A program made the position numbers and the translations under genes. Positions 12,850 to 26,277 of a stretch of 64,000 nucleotides of DNA are shown one piece after another (position 1 is the first letter of the stretch; the number at the start of each line of letters is the position of its first letter). The stretch comes from Podarcis bocagei (taxonomy: Eukaryota): NCBI GenBank assembly GCA_964188305.1, contig OZ076900.1. One strand, 5' to 3'. The notes below the pieces were generated by a model. The model saw only the letters and a list, made by a program, of their open reading frames with translations. It had not been told where the DNA came from and did no database searches.

Positions 12850-13350
12850 GTTTATATTATATGAATGTGATAGATGAATTGGATGGTTTCTCCTGTTTCG
12901 ATTTTGCATGAAAGACGTTTATTTCTAAAACATTACAGTTCATTTCATCGCTATGTTCCGAAATGCAGTTGATGAAATCACGTGGCATCTGAGCTGTAAC
13001 ACACTCTCAGCCTATGACTCTTTTGTCTTTATTAAAAAACACCCCCCCAAAAAAAAAACCAAATAGAAAGCCTAGGAGAAATTGCATAAGTCACTTCACT
13101 AACTTTTATATTGACTGCATTTCATACAGATTCAAATCAGTGGATGTTCTCCATTTTGTATGCAAGCATTTTGTGAACTCATAAGTTAAAATTACATTTC
13201 CAAGACAGATTGATCACAACATTCTCTATGACAAATGCTGTAATCCTATTAGGCATGGAAACTCTTTATTCTTCTGTTGTTGCTCAAAATAATAACCGGC
13301 TCTCTTGTTTCTCTCTCTCCCCCCTCCCCTTGATGTCTCTCCACATTTAG

Positions 13351-13591
13351 AAATGCCAGGAAGCCCACGAAACCAGTTCACGTTCAGACCACTGCCGCCA
13401 CCTCCACCACCACCCCACACATGTACCTGCAGCAGGAAGCCGCTTTCAACAGCTGACTCTTTCCAGGGAAGATCAATGACGACCCGCAGCCAACCTAGCC
13501 CAGCTGCTCCTCCCCCTCCAACCAGTACGCAGGACGCAGTGCATCTCCATAACAGTTGGGTCCTGAATAGTAATATACCACTAGAAACCAG
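13351..13591 (+). CDS. TENM1: Teneurin-1 coding exon (~exon 4), intracellular domain with polyproline SH3-ligand motifs
   Basis: Pyrimidine tract plus ...catttag| acceptor and AG|gtaggt donor; 241 nt; encodes MPGSPRNQFTFRPLPPPPPPPHTCTCSRK...HNSWVLNSNIPLETR, the conserved teneurin ICD motif. Confidence 0.96.
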
Positions 13592-16500
13592 GTAGGTACA
13601 AACCTACAATGCACATATCTATGACCTAAAAATAAAGTGTATGTGAAACTATTTATTCATTTAACAGGATTTATATGCCATTTAATCAGAAAAGAACTCT
13701 AAGCAGTTTGCAGGAAAGAATATCAAATATTTGTTACAAATGCTAAAAATGAATCAAACATTATTGAATAAAAGTAGTGGAACAGGATGCAAATGTACTA
13801 AATAAATAAAGCAAAGAAAAAGTAGCTTTATAATTGGGGGTCAGGTATTAAATGTAGGTTTTCTTATATACTGACGTGTAATTTTTTGTCATCTAGTCAA
13901 CCAATTTGGGTTTAATGGGAAATGCATCATGAATGAACCCACATAAGCCTTAGGCTCTTGCATCCCCTCCTGCTTTTTTGCATGCCAGAGGAAAAGCTTC
14001 AAAGCTTCCAGTGTCACTTTTTGACAAACCATAGTTTCCTATGATGCCCAAACTCTGGGAACTGAGTTAGGTTGTTACTGAGAAAAATCCAGGATCAAAC
14101 CATGGTTTTAGATCCTAGCTTGTTATCGAACCATAGTTTAAACCAACCACAGTTACTTGAGTTAAGATGTCACAGGGATGCTTAAAAACACAGAGAGGAG
14201 TGTTTAATCTTATCTTCTGGCAACGACAAAGAGAAGAGGGAAGGGAAATTCATGCACTGGAAAATCATTCTTTCCCGTAACACCTTTTCTTCCAGGAGAT
14301 TAAGGCAGCATACAGAGTTGTATCTCTGTCTCTGCCCCCACCTGTTTGTCTTCACCACCACAATCCTGTGGGGTAACTGGTCCTGGGCCAGCCAATGAAC
14401 TATGAACACTACAGAGGAAAGTGGTATATTGGTGGATACCAGTTATTTGTCCATAACAGTTACCCTAAATGACCTATCGTATTATTCCAAAGAACGGCAG
14501 TGCAGACTCTGCTTAAACAGCACTGTAGCCTGGGGCTACTTTATATATGGCATTTCTTCTTCACCACTGTAGAGAAAACTGCCTTATTTCTCAGTTTATT
14601 TTCAGCAAATGATCTGATGGCAGAAGAGGAAACACCAGTGCATTGCTCCCACCCCCCCCCACCCCGCTTTTCTCAAAGTTACATGAAAGGGAACAAAATT
14701 CTTTTACAATCAAACCAGACGCATTTTGATGGCAGATGTATCACTGTGCTAAATCTTTCTTGTATAATAATACTGAAATCTATCTAATAGGTTTAAGCCG
14801 ATTCTTTTATTTTATTTTATTTGGAACATTTGTAATCTCAAAGTAGATTTAGAGGCATTAATTCATCTCCCCCTATAATAACCAGAGATAATTCAGAATG
14901 CACATGTTGAGTGCTTATATCCTTCAAAATCTCATTCTAATTCTTAAAACCACAGCGGTTTGTAACAGCTTTCAGGACTGGACAATTCTTCCTACAAATG
15001 GTTATATTTATTCCTAATTCCTATATTTCTACCTCATGCTTCAGTTCTGAGGATTCTAACAAGAAAATCAAACCGTTGTCCCAGTCATCATTATCAATAG
15101 CCCTATCTGTACATGATATGTACAGATGTATCTTGCAAGGAGCTCATGCATAGTTCTCCCCCTTTGTATTTTGTCCAGGAAAAAGCTCTCTTAGGTAGGT
15201 TAGGCTGAGGGACAGTGGTTGGACCAAGGTCATGTTCCTATTCTGAAGTGCTTACAATCTAAGCAGGACCAGCTGCAGGATTGTGGGGGTTGGGGGGGGA
15301 GCTGGGCAAAGTGTCCTCTGATGTGTCATTTCCCCTGTTAGTGGCCTTACTTGGCTGCAGTGGCCACAGGCAAAGTGAGTCTAGCCACTTTCTTAATTTC
15401 CCACCATGCCCAATACATTTTTTGTTTTTGTGGCTTTGAAGGGTGGGGAAGTAGTTGGAAAGCTGGTAGTGTGCAGCTTGAAAAATGGGTGGAGGGATTT
15501 GATGCCTTAGCACGAGTATATTTTTATTACTCACTTGCAGGCAATGTCAGGGACAACATGCACTCAAATTACCACATAAAGGCAGAATATCTTCTTTTGA
15601 ATTCATTATGTTGGAGGTGCACCCAATTTCAAAAGGTTGAATTCAAAAGACGGTATTCTGCCTTTATGTATATTAAGGCAAATGCAGTAAATATTGTATT
15701 GATTATGTTCTGTGTTGTTAGGTTGTATTGGCAATTTGGTTTTGCTAACCTTTCAGACTACTTCTGCAGCAGTGCAGAAATGCTAAAATAAGTAAGTAAG
15801 TAAGTAAGGCCTCAACAAAGTTGTTCCCAGATAGAAATAGTTTGGGGTTTGCTCGTGTTCCTTTCTTGGATGAGTGCTACTCTCACCATTTACCTGAAGG
15901 AAGGGGAAGGAACCTGTAGGCCCTGAAGAAAGAGTTGGGGCTTGTCCTGTGATATTCTTCTAGATTGAGAAGGAACCAACAGTGAATCACCACTGTAAGA
16001 ACTTAGCAGAACTAGGGGTGAACTGCTGAGCAAGAAGGCGCTCAAGGGCAGAGGAGAACTGTAGTTGCCAGAGAGTTTTTAGAGTCCTTTGCTGGCCAAG
16101 ACAAGCAGAGAAGCCAAAGTCTGCATCTGACTCTGTACAGGGAGGTTTTAAGTCAGGAACAGCCGGAGTAAAAGTGGCTATCCTGTTTTATTTGTGTGAC
16201 CCATCTAAGAATAGATGCAGAAAAATAACTGAATAATGGTGTGGGGGGACAAAGGAAAATTACAAAGCTTTTTTAGTTACACATAATTTCGCTCAGGCCC
16301 CATCTGCGCTATACATTTAAAGCAGTATCATACCACTCTTCCAGCCAAAATGGGTCTAGGATTGTAACCTCTAGTTTAAAGTAGGGTAAATTCCTAGTTT
16401 ACATGCACAATCTAACAGCACCCTATTATTAAAAACTAGTGCTTTCAGAGTGGTGAAAGAGAGGCAGCAATTTGTGGGAAAGGATAGCAGAGCTAGGATA

Positions 16501-18376
16501 ACATTAAAAAGGTTAAGAGGCCCCTTTTAGAGGCAATTTCTTATTTTCACCTTAGATGAATTTATTATGTCTCCCTCTCCATCATGATAAAGCACTCACA
16601 CATGTTGCCAACCCATGGCTTGTTCCCTTTTCTCTCACTAAAAATAATTATGATTCTCAGCTTTTATGGACACTTTGCTCTAATTGTTCAGGACTGATGA
16701 TTTACAGGGTCATGTACTGTCATTATCTTTGACAGCCATAGCTCTATGTGCTTATTGTTTTTATAGGATCCTTAAAACTTCAACGACTCAACAGAGCATG
16801 CTTTCCTGTTCTCTGTTCATTTCACGTTTGTTTAAGTCGCTTAAATACACACTGGTTATCTTTGTTTTGCTTTGTTTATTGAATACAGAGTATTTCTGCA
16901 GCTCAGCCAGGACTGAGAGGCGAAAGCAGGTTATATAACATGTTATAGAATAATGTACTTTCAAGTCATGATCCAGAAAGTCGCAGGAGTAGAAAAGTTG
17001 ATTTAAGAAACAGCGTTGCCACTTATGAATCCCCGGAAATAGGGGACATGCACCGCTGAAAAAGAAGATAAACGAGAACACAATTTTCATTAAAAATGCC
17101 ACATGCTAATTTATAAGTATATATTCAAATTTAGAAATAATTACTAACATGTAAATTTCAAAAAGGCAAGCCAATTAATTCCATTTCCAAATCACCTCAA
17201 ATAAAAATGTTTTAATTAATTTTCACCACAAATCCATATCACTGTAAATCAGTTCCTGTTCAATTAACCTACACCCAAATAGTTTGTTAAAATATTTGAG
17301 GCTATAATCCTATGTGAATTTACTTGGGAATAAGCCATAGGTGCATTACAGCAGAATCCTAACCGTGTCAATTCAGAAGTCAGTCGAATTTAATTCCTAG
17401 GTAAATGAGGTTAGGATTGCAGCCTTAATTACTTAATTACTGATGTAGCATGGGAAACAACACCTGATGAAATTCTTCCTTTTATGCAACAAAGGCTGCA
17501 ATGTAAGGTTGCAGTCCTAAACTTTTTTACAAGGGCACAATTCCTAGTGAAGATGGCAAGGGTTACTTCTGACTACAAAATTAAACCAAAAAGTTTGAGT
17601 AGACAAATGAATGGAGTGGGATGGGGCACAAATCAGTAGGAGTTGCCTCTGAGTAAACAGACAGCAGGTCAGGCCTATGGTGGTCAGATGAAAAGGGAAC
17701 ATGGCTTCTACACCTTTAAGGGTTTTATAGAACTGGAGTTTCATCAGGTATAGCTTGCTATTAAAGGTACAGGAGCCCTGTCCCTTTTTCATCTTGCCAT
17801 CCTAATCAGGCTACAACCCATCCCAAGGTCAGATTTACAGCACTGTCAAGCAGCAGTCCTTTTCTTGGACTTCAACAATTTAAATGTTCTTCCATCTAAA
17901 AATATCCATCCACACAGAAAACTAGTATCCCAGGAGAAAGAGTGCACTCTTCTACCTGACATGTGCTTTGTGCAGGGAAGGCTTTCATTTTTGTTTGCGC
18001 TGGGATTTGGGGAAGGGAAATATTCTACTTTGTCCACACCCCAGTGACAATTTTGTTTATTTTTTTATTACTAACAGACAGAGGTCTCCAATGCAAGCCT
18101 TCTAATATTGCTGCCTCTCAAAATAAACATTTCTTTCTCTCAAAGATATATTTGCTGCCTCACCTGTCTCACAACAGATGCTTGGCAGCAATTTTCAAGT
18201 CTACAAGTTTATTGTCTCCTACATTGTATTTGTGTAACGATTAAGGCTGCAGTCTTAAATGCACTTAGCAGGGAGTAAGCCCTTTGAACGGAATGGGCTT
18301 TTTTTCTGAGTAGATATACATATAATTGTTCTCTAAATGAGCAAGACTTAATGAACAGGAACTATTCAACCAATTA

Positions 18377-18617
18377 CAGTGGTACCTCGGGTTACGAACT
18401 TAATTCGTTCTTGAGGTCCATTCTTAACCTGAAACTGTTCTTAACCTGAGACACCACTTTAGCTAATGGGACCTCCCGCTGCTGCCACGCCGCCAGCACA
18501 CGATTTCTGTTCTCATCCTGAAGCAAAGTTCTTAACCCAAGGTAATATTTCTGGGTTAGTGGAGTCTGTAACTGAAGCATCTGTAACCTGAAGCGTTTGT
18601 AACCCGAGGTACCACTG
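18377..18617 (-). mobile_element. Tc1/mariner(Tigger)-type MITE, family A
   Basis: TA-CAGTGGTACCTCGGGTT...AACCCGAGGTACCACTG-TA; inverted relative to the 4172 copy. Confidence 0.9.
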
Positions 18618-21600
18618 TATCTGTTGGATCAGATTCCCACCCAGCTCAGCTCAACCTGGGAGTCATCCAGGTTCATAGAAAGTAATGTTCTGCTTTTAAA
18701 AAAAGGAGACTTTGAACCAAGGGTGTGGAAACCTTTTGAGCTACATTGCCTCATGAGGAATCTTCCAGGAGGACATTCTAATGGTGGGCAGGGCCAGAGG
18801 CAAGAGAATATGGTAGAAAAAATTAATGCCACTCTAAACTTAACGTAGTAGGCTACATTCCAGGCTACACAAAAGGCAGACATTTCTGTACACCTTTACA
18901 CAAGCAAGAGGTACATTCCATTTCAAGGGCACATTCCAGATAGGCATGTGATTCAGAGCAAGGCCTGTGAGAAGCATGGCCAGGAAATCAGTTGCGGCCT
19001 AGGAAGAGGCCTAAGAGCAAGATGGAGAGACTAGGAGACTCACAGAGGGAGTTTGGGCCTGAGGTCCCTCCTCCATACTTAAAACTCTTCATGACTATGG
19101 CCCTGGGGAGGAGTGCCTCAAGCTACTGGCTAGATGTTGGCTAACAGTTCAACACTATTAGTTTCAGGTAGCCAGCTGTATCACTTTGTTTCCACGCCAT
19201 TTCAGATGAGCTGCCACAGGCAAAGTCGGAGAAGGAAGTTTTCTCCACATGGAGTGGAATACTTCCATTGTTTTCTGTTAAGCTAACACAACTAAAAAAA
19301 CTTAAATAGTAAGGAACTATCATAAGTAAAAGACTGAATACTGAGACCCCCGAGATAATAGCTAGATAAGCTGGGCCCATCCTAGCTAGGTTGGGTTCCC
19401 CCTGCCTCCCACAGGCTCCTCTAAATTCTAACACATAACAAGGCTTTCTCCATTGAGAATTATAAGAAGCCCCATGTCTTTATGGAGATCCATCTGGCAT
19501 AGTAGGCCAAGGGGATTCTGGATCACATCTGTCAGCTATAGTCCTTGTTATTCCTTCGTCTGCTGTTCTTGTTATTGGAATGCCTTTCACACACGTCTTC
19601 ATGTGATTAGGAATCATGCAATAAAATGAACTAAAATTGGTTGTAAAATAATACGAACAACAACTACAACACCAACAACTCAATGTATTTTTTACAAATA
19701 AACATCCAAGGCTGAAACCTTTAAAAAACCATCCAGTTAGTAACACTTTTCAGAACAAAATGGCTTCATTTGTTTCTGAAAGTATGAATTGTGGGTGGCT
19801 GCTGTATCTCAATATGGATGATGTTCCACAAAACCGAGACAGCCACACGGACAGTCGTGCTCCAAATTGCTGTAGAGTGGATTTCTCATATTTTTGCCAG
19901 GGTGCTGCTATCCTTACCAATGGGGGATTCTGATTATTTTTTTCACATGCACAGAGTATACTTCCTTCTTTCTTAATTAACCTGCTGTACCTATAATTAG
20001 AGCAGTTAAACTATGGATTTTCCTCAGGCTTTATTGGTGAAGTGGGGATGCTAACTGGCATTAATGACTGTGACTACAGAACAGGGGACGGGGAGCATTT
20101 AATTAATATGAAGTACAAAGGTGTAATCTTGTATGTATTCAGCCACCACCACAATGTAGACACCGTCTCATTGTTTCTGTGTGAGTGGAATCATGTGATT
20201 TAAGTGTCTTGGATTTGTTTGGCAATCTTCCAGTATTTATAGAATTTTGGGGGAGGCAAATAGATTTTCTGTCTATGTGGCTTCCATTTGTGTGTTGATT
20301 TTGTGTGTGTGATATTGCTTCCATGCTTAATCATAGGGACGCAGCATTATAGTGTTGTGGTCTGCTCCCCAACAGATCACTTTTTGTGGGTGTGCAGCTC
20401 CTTTTATTGTTCTGTGTCTTGAGCAGTACCTTTTTGGACTGTTGATTTTTTAAAAAAAGGTTTTCTTATTTCAATAGACTGCCCTTCAGCAAAGCTATTA
20501 GGGTGACGTCCAACATGAATCAATATAATTATATAAAATTATGTACAATCACACTTAGGAAAACAGCAGAGCAGAATAGCAGCATTCAAATCCAACATAC
20601 AATAAAACTTAATCAATGCAACTTTTGAGTTTTGTAGTCTGTCTTGGTGCCCAGGATTGTCTTTGATAATGCGAAAAGCACTCAAGATCATTCAAGTTCA
20701 TATGAGTGAACCTGGTGCCTCCAGGTGGTGTGGACTACAACTACCATCATTCCTGACATTTGTCTATGCTTGATGGGGCTTCTGAAAGCTGTAATTCAAA
20801 ACACCTGAAGCGTGTTTAGCTTGTTGAAGGATTATATGTATCCCGGTTGGTGATAGGGAACTTGCAGTCTTCCTGATACTGTTGGACTCTAAGTCCTGGG
20901 CCAGTGGCTATGCTGACTGATGGAAGCTGGGGTCCAATGGAATTTGGAGGGCTACAGGCTCCCCACCTGTGGAGTGGAGTGGGGGGTACATCTTACTCTT
21001 TGTAGAAAATGTGGCAACCTACACAACTGCATAAGTCAGAAGACTTGAAAAGATTTCCTGAACCGGAAGATTCAAAGACACTTATCAGACCAACGTGACA
21101 CTTGGTTAATGAGTCGTTTCTCCAATGTTCTTTTTTATCTTCTTTATTACAGTGAAACAACAACCCCAAAAATAATAATGAAATGCTGTTTCATTTTTCA
21201 AATCCTTTTGGCTTGATATCTGTTTTTCTGGCATGCCTCTTATACATGCCATTTTCTGTCTAATTAAATAATAATTCTAACCTCACTTGTGGCACATCAC
21301 ATTTTGAAAAGGCACATTGAGGAATAGAAACGCATTTTGACAGCCCCTCTACTGGTTTTTCACTGCCAAATGGTGGTGGGGTTTTTTATATATGAAAAAA
21401 GATTCAAATGTCTTGACTACAAAACAGGATGAAGTAAAAGTTATATGTATTTGTCAGTCACTTCACATAAATTTATTTCTTCAGTTATTTCTCACATATA
21501 CAGGCAGGCCCCATTTACATGGGGGTTATGAGCCGAGGCACCATGTACATTGGTGAAATCACGTATAACTGAAACCCACTGAAAAAACCTGCAAACACCC

Positions 21601-22230
21601 TGCTCCACTCCACCCCCATTCTGCCCCCGTTCCACCTTTTAGTGATGTTTCAGTGATGTCCTTATAATTTTTCCAGGTCACTTCCGGGTTTGGCTCGTTG
21701 TGTGTATACACACTGAGCTTTATGGAAGAGTGGGTATTTGAACCCTTGTCTCTAAGAACATAGTCTGACACTCTAACCGCTACACCACACTGCATCGTTG
21801 CTCATTGCAGCACACTGTCATTGTTTTAATGCTGCTAGCCAATACTATGTAAGAGTCCGTTTGTGTGTTTCTTATGCATTCATAATCCACTTTTCCTTTC
21901 TTTTTTGGGTGGGAGGTTATAAAAAGTGTCCTAACATTTTTTAGATGCATTGGGTGATTTTAGATGTGTAATCCAGCACAAAGGCATGTCTAGAAGCAAA
22001 GCTACTACCTTCCAAGTAAACAGGGCTGTTATCAGGCTTAAACGGAATAAAAATTGAAGCACCATTTCGCTGTGCTATTAAACCACAGGCTTGTCGCTAT
22101 ATGCGTAGATTTCAGAATTTCCGTTTAGTCAGAAAGGCACATTCATGAGAACCAATGGGACCAGATCAGTTCTATGTTTTAGGCTGCTGTTAGAAATCAC
22201 TTGCATGAGATTTTGTTGGCAGATATCTGT

Positions 22231-22416
22231 GGGAAGGGCTTTAGCTCAGTGGTAGAGCCTCTGCTTTGAATGCAGAAGACCCCAGGTTCAATCCCTGAAA
22301 TCTCTAGGTTGGGTTGGGAATATCCCTTGTCTGAAAGTTCTGGAAAGTTGCTGCTGGTCCACAAGGACAATACTGAACCAGACACACCAATATTTTGATG
22401 TGGTACTTGTTCCCTA
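22231..22416 (+). mobile_element. tRNA-headed SINE (Squam2-like)
   Basis: gggaagggctttagctcagtggtagag...ccaggttcaatccc A/B boxes; body homologous to the 39301 copy. Confidence 0.75.
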
Positions 22417-23714
22417 ATGGAGATTTTATGCCAATTATGTTTTGTTAAAAGGTTTGTACGTATGACAATATGTTATTTCTCTTTTCCTGGATTCTGTTGT
22501 CATCTTTGCCTGGCATGGGTGGGCTCCAAGGGCTTGTCTACACTTCCACTTGTCCTGTGCCTAGAAAGCATGGATCTGAGCAATTCTTTTGCTGGACCCA
22601 TGCTTTCTAGGTACAGGTCCAAGCGGTTTTCCCCTTGCCCCACTCCTTCCCAGGCAAAACCCGCTCTTGCCATTTGCTCTGATTGAGTGCTAAAAAGTGG
22701 TTTTCCTCGGGGAAAAGCAGCAGGACAAGAGGAAGTGTGGATAAGCCCTAACATCTTTCATTTGCCATGGCTGGTCTAGCAAAAGAACTTACAACACCAA
22801 TATGTTTAAGAAATTTTGAGAATACTGTAGCTTACATTTTCTTTACAATAGAATATCTGCACTATAATAAACCAAGAGCTCTCTAATAGGTTATTTCCAG
22901 TAATTAGCAGATGCAGTTTCATAGTCATCTTAGAGTTCCTTAAAAAATAATACATATGAAATCATACATATTTAATTTCTTAACTGCACATTGACAATCT
23001 ATATTTTAAAAGATATCCATCAAAATTAATTCTAGATCGACATGCTTTCTCAAGTCATTTTAGTACTATTCTTTTTGTGTTTGAACTACCATTCAGCAAT
23101 GAATCAACATAATTATTGCAAGCTATTTATTGTGATAGCCTTAATAACAGATTTGAGTTTACCATTTTGTTGCCTCTTTTGTACTCTAATGGTCTCTCTG
23201 AGCTGTGCATCGCAGAAAGTAATCTGTGTTGTGCATGTCAAGCCATTCATGTTAATGTTCAACAATCCAATAGGTTTTCTGTTTAAAAGGAAAATGGGGA
23301 ATTAAAACAGTTTTGCCATTTTCTATCCAGAAACTGTTAAAGCATTTTTTAATAAAAAAAGACCAACAAGAATTTATTATATCCTTTTTCCTTATTCCAC
23401 ATTGGGGTTCTGATCCTGATCCCACAGAAGTCAGTGGGGGATTTGCTGGCCCTCGGCTGTGGAATTGCCTTCCACCAGAAATCAGGAGGACCATGTCTCT
23501 TCCCTCGTGCCAAGTGAAATGTAAGACCCTCTTTTTGCAAAAGCATTTTGCTACTTTATACATAAAGGGCCTAGGACTTCTGCCCACAAGATAAAGGAAA
23601 GAGCATTCAAGTCAGAAGGGAAAGATGTACAGTTTGATAGCAACATGTTTGGGGATAAGGTTCACCACATGGTCTCACTGACTACTTCGTGTGATTTTGT
23701 AAACAACTTTCAAC

Positions 23715-24190
23715 TATTGTAGGGGAGGGGAAAGATGTTTGCTTTGCATTTTAAAATGGAAACTACATAATTTGAACTTCTTGAAACAACATGCAAACTA
23801 AAGCTTAATTATCCTTCAAAATACATATATTAGTAAAGACTAACCTACAAAAATGCATTATATTAGAAACAGTTGTTTGTAAAAAGTATCCTTAATTATC
23901 CTTCAAAATTTTCACTTCAGCAAATTTTGTGAAGCGGTTCTCCAACCAAAAAGGATATACAGAAATGCATATAATAAGCAAAAGTGTCTGTAAAAATGCA
24001 TATATTAGTAAAGATTAACTTACAAAAATGCATGCTGTTAGAAACAATTGCTTATAAAAAATACACACTTAAATGCTGATGAATTTTCATGAGGACTTTA
24101 ATAATAATCTGAAACTGATATGGAAATGCAACAAATTTAAGTGAACACTGGAAAAATGACAAACTGAAGTTGATACTCTCATCCATTCCT
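23715..24190 (-). mobile_element. Old AT-rich non-autonomous DNA transposon (family also at 33924-34950 and ~43505-43860)
   Basis: Shared blocks atccttcaaa, aaatgcatatattag, gatgaattttcatgaggact and aaactga.atggaaatg. Confidence 0.6.
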
Positions 24191-25954
24191 GAACAGTAGG
24201 GATGGAAATCTAAGGTAAATGAGCCACAATGCTTAAGAATTTTCTTTATCCAACCCTGAAGCCAACATAAATCTTTCCATCAACATCTATGTATCCCTTA
24301 GATATTTATTTTTACAAAGGGAGAAACCAGTAGGACTGTGTTAAGAACCCCAAACTATATTCAATATTATTCTAGGCTAGAATTCTGGATTGTATGTGCC
24401 TAGTACACATAGACCGATTTTGGAAGTCTAAGGGCTCTGAAAAACCAGCAAGGTGGTCTAGATCTAGATGTGCAATCTGAGAATATTGGACAATAATTCA
24501 ACTTACAAATACATGTTTCTCATTTACTGTTACAGAGGCCCTAAGCTATATGATGGTTTTTCCCCCTATTCCATTGAGTAATAAGAGAACAAGGGAAGCT
24601 CCAATGTAAGATGTGATGATCTGATGAACTGCAGCCACTGCCTTGGAGCCACATTCTAAAAAATATGACTTGTCACATTAACTCAGGAACATGGAACATG
24701 TGGCCCCCAGATGTTAGACTCCCAGCTTCCATAAACCCTAGTGCTTAGCATGAGCATGTGAACTCCCATGGTTTGGCTTGGCATGTTGGACAGTGGGAAT
24801 GGACTCCATTGAGAGGTGATGGACTCTTTTGGAAGTTTTTAAGGAGAGGTTGGATGGTCATCTGTGATGGATGCTTTAGCTGAGATTCCTGCAGGGGGCT
24901 AGACTAGAGGCCCACAGATTAGCTGCCATGTTCAAGAGGAACAGGAAACAAATTTGATGCAATGTCTATGTCAGGTTTTTTTTCTGGCCTAGCCATATCT
25001 TTATCTTTTCCTGGCCTTATGAACCAATTGATAAAAATATGGATAAATGAATATTTTGCAATATTAACACCATTCACCCCTGTCCCCCAAATCTAAACAC
25101 CTGAAGTTTGGTATGAACTCATGGTCTCCAACCAAACACTGATGCACCTAGATCACAGGTCACCAGTGTGGTACCTATGGATGCCATCGTCTTACACCCA
25201 TGAAATCTTTCAACCTCCCACCACTACCTCATTTGGCAATGAGGTAGGTAAATACATTCTCCCCACCCCCCGAAAAATAAATTGAGCTGAAGAAGGAACT
25301 CTTTCAGCCTTCTGTGGCTTTCAATGTTTATTCTTCTGAAGTGCCTAGAGCAGGTGGTACTCATAAGACTCACTTAAGACTCCAAATGCTAATGGGCCTA
25401 GAAAGGTTGCTGACCTCCAACAGATGCATCACACACTTCCCCCCATTTAATATTTCCTTTATTAATATAGGCACATCATCACCACATGTCAAATTTGGCA
25501 CCACATGAAAGAAGGATAAATATATGCAGAATGAAGGGTAAGATCAACCCTTCTTACTTAGAAAGTGCATTGTACTTTGTCAACATTAACTCATTTAGGC
25601 TGTCAAGTCAGCCTAAAACCAGTCCATTCACTGCCTTGTTTTTAGCCAATTACTGAGTTATTAAAATTAGTTATTTTATTAGTTAGTTATTAAAATGTGT
25701 AATGTGTTGTCCAAATCAGGAGATACACCCAAATATGCCAGGAAGCTTTGGGCACCATTGCATATTCAAATGTTTTGGTTACAGTTTTTCATTTTAATCT
25801 GCTGCTCATCAAATAGTAATATAATTTGGTTAATGCCCCAGGAGATAGCAGTATATACTGTAGTCTCTTATGATTATCTATATACATGTGTATAGCGATT
25901 TTTTGATTTTTATTGGTAGCCGAAGCAGCTGAATAAACAGACTAACTCCAGAAA

Positions 25955-26277
25955 GCAAATGCCTTGTGCCAAACCATACCTTTGATCAGTCTAGCCCAGT
26001 ATATACTAGGTGGGGGGAACCCTTGGCCCTCCAGATGTTTTTGAACTGCAGTTCCCATCTGCCACAGCAAGCATGGCCAGTTACCAGGGATTATGGGGAG
26101 TTGTGGTTCAGCAGCATCCTGAGGGCCAAAGATTTCTCACGCCTCGTCTACACTGACTGGTAATGGCTCTCTTGGATTTCAGATGGGAGTCTCACCTAGC
26201 TTTACATGGAGGTGCCGAAGATTGAACCTGGGACCTTTTGGATGCAAAGCAGGTCCTCTATCACTGAGCTATGGTTC
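25955..26277 (-). mobile_element. Squam2-like SINE interrupted by a palindromic hAT-like MITE (~26007-26145)
   Basis: SINE halves (gatcagtctagcccagt / gtctacactgactgg...attgaacctgggacctt...cactgagcta) flank the MITE. Confidence 0.7.

Noticed and set aside
16889-16929. 41-nt plus-strand cassette (poison) exon in TENM1 intron 4
   Set aside because: The acceptor is plausible but the donor (CAG|gttata) is weak; frameshifting with no supporting homology.
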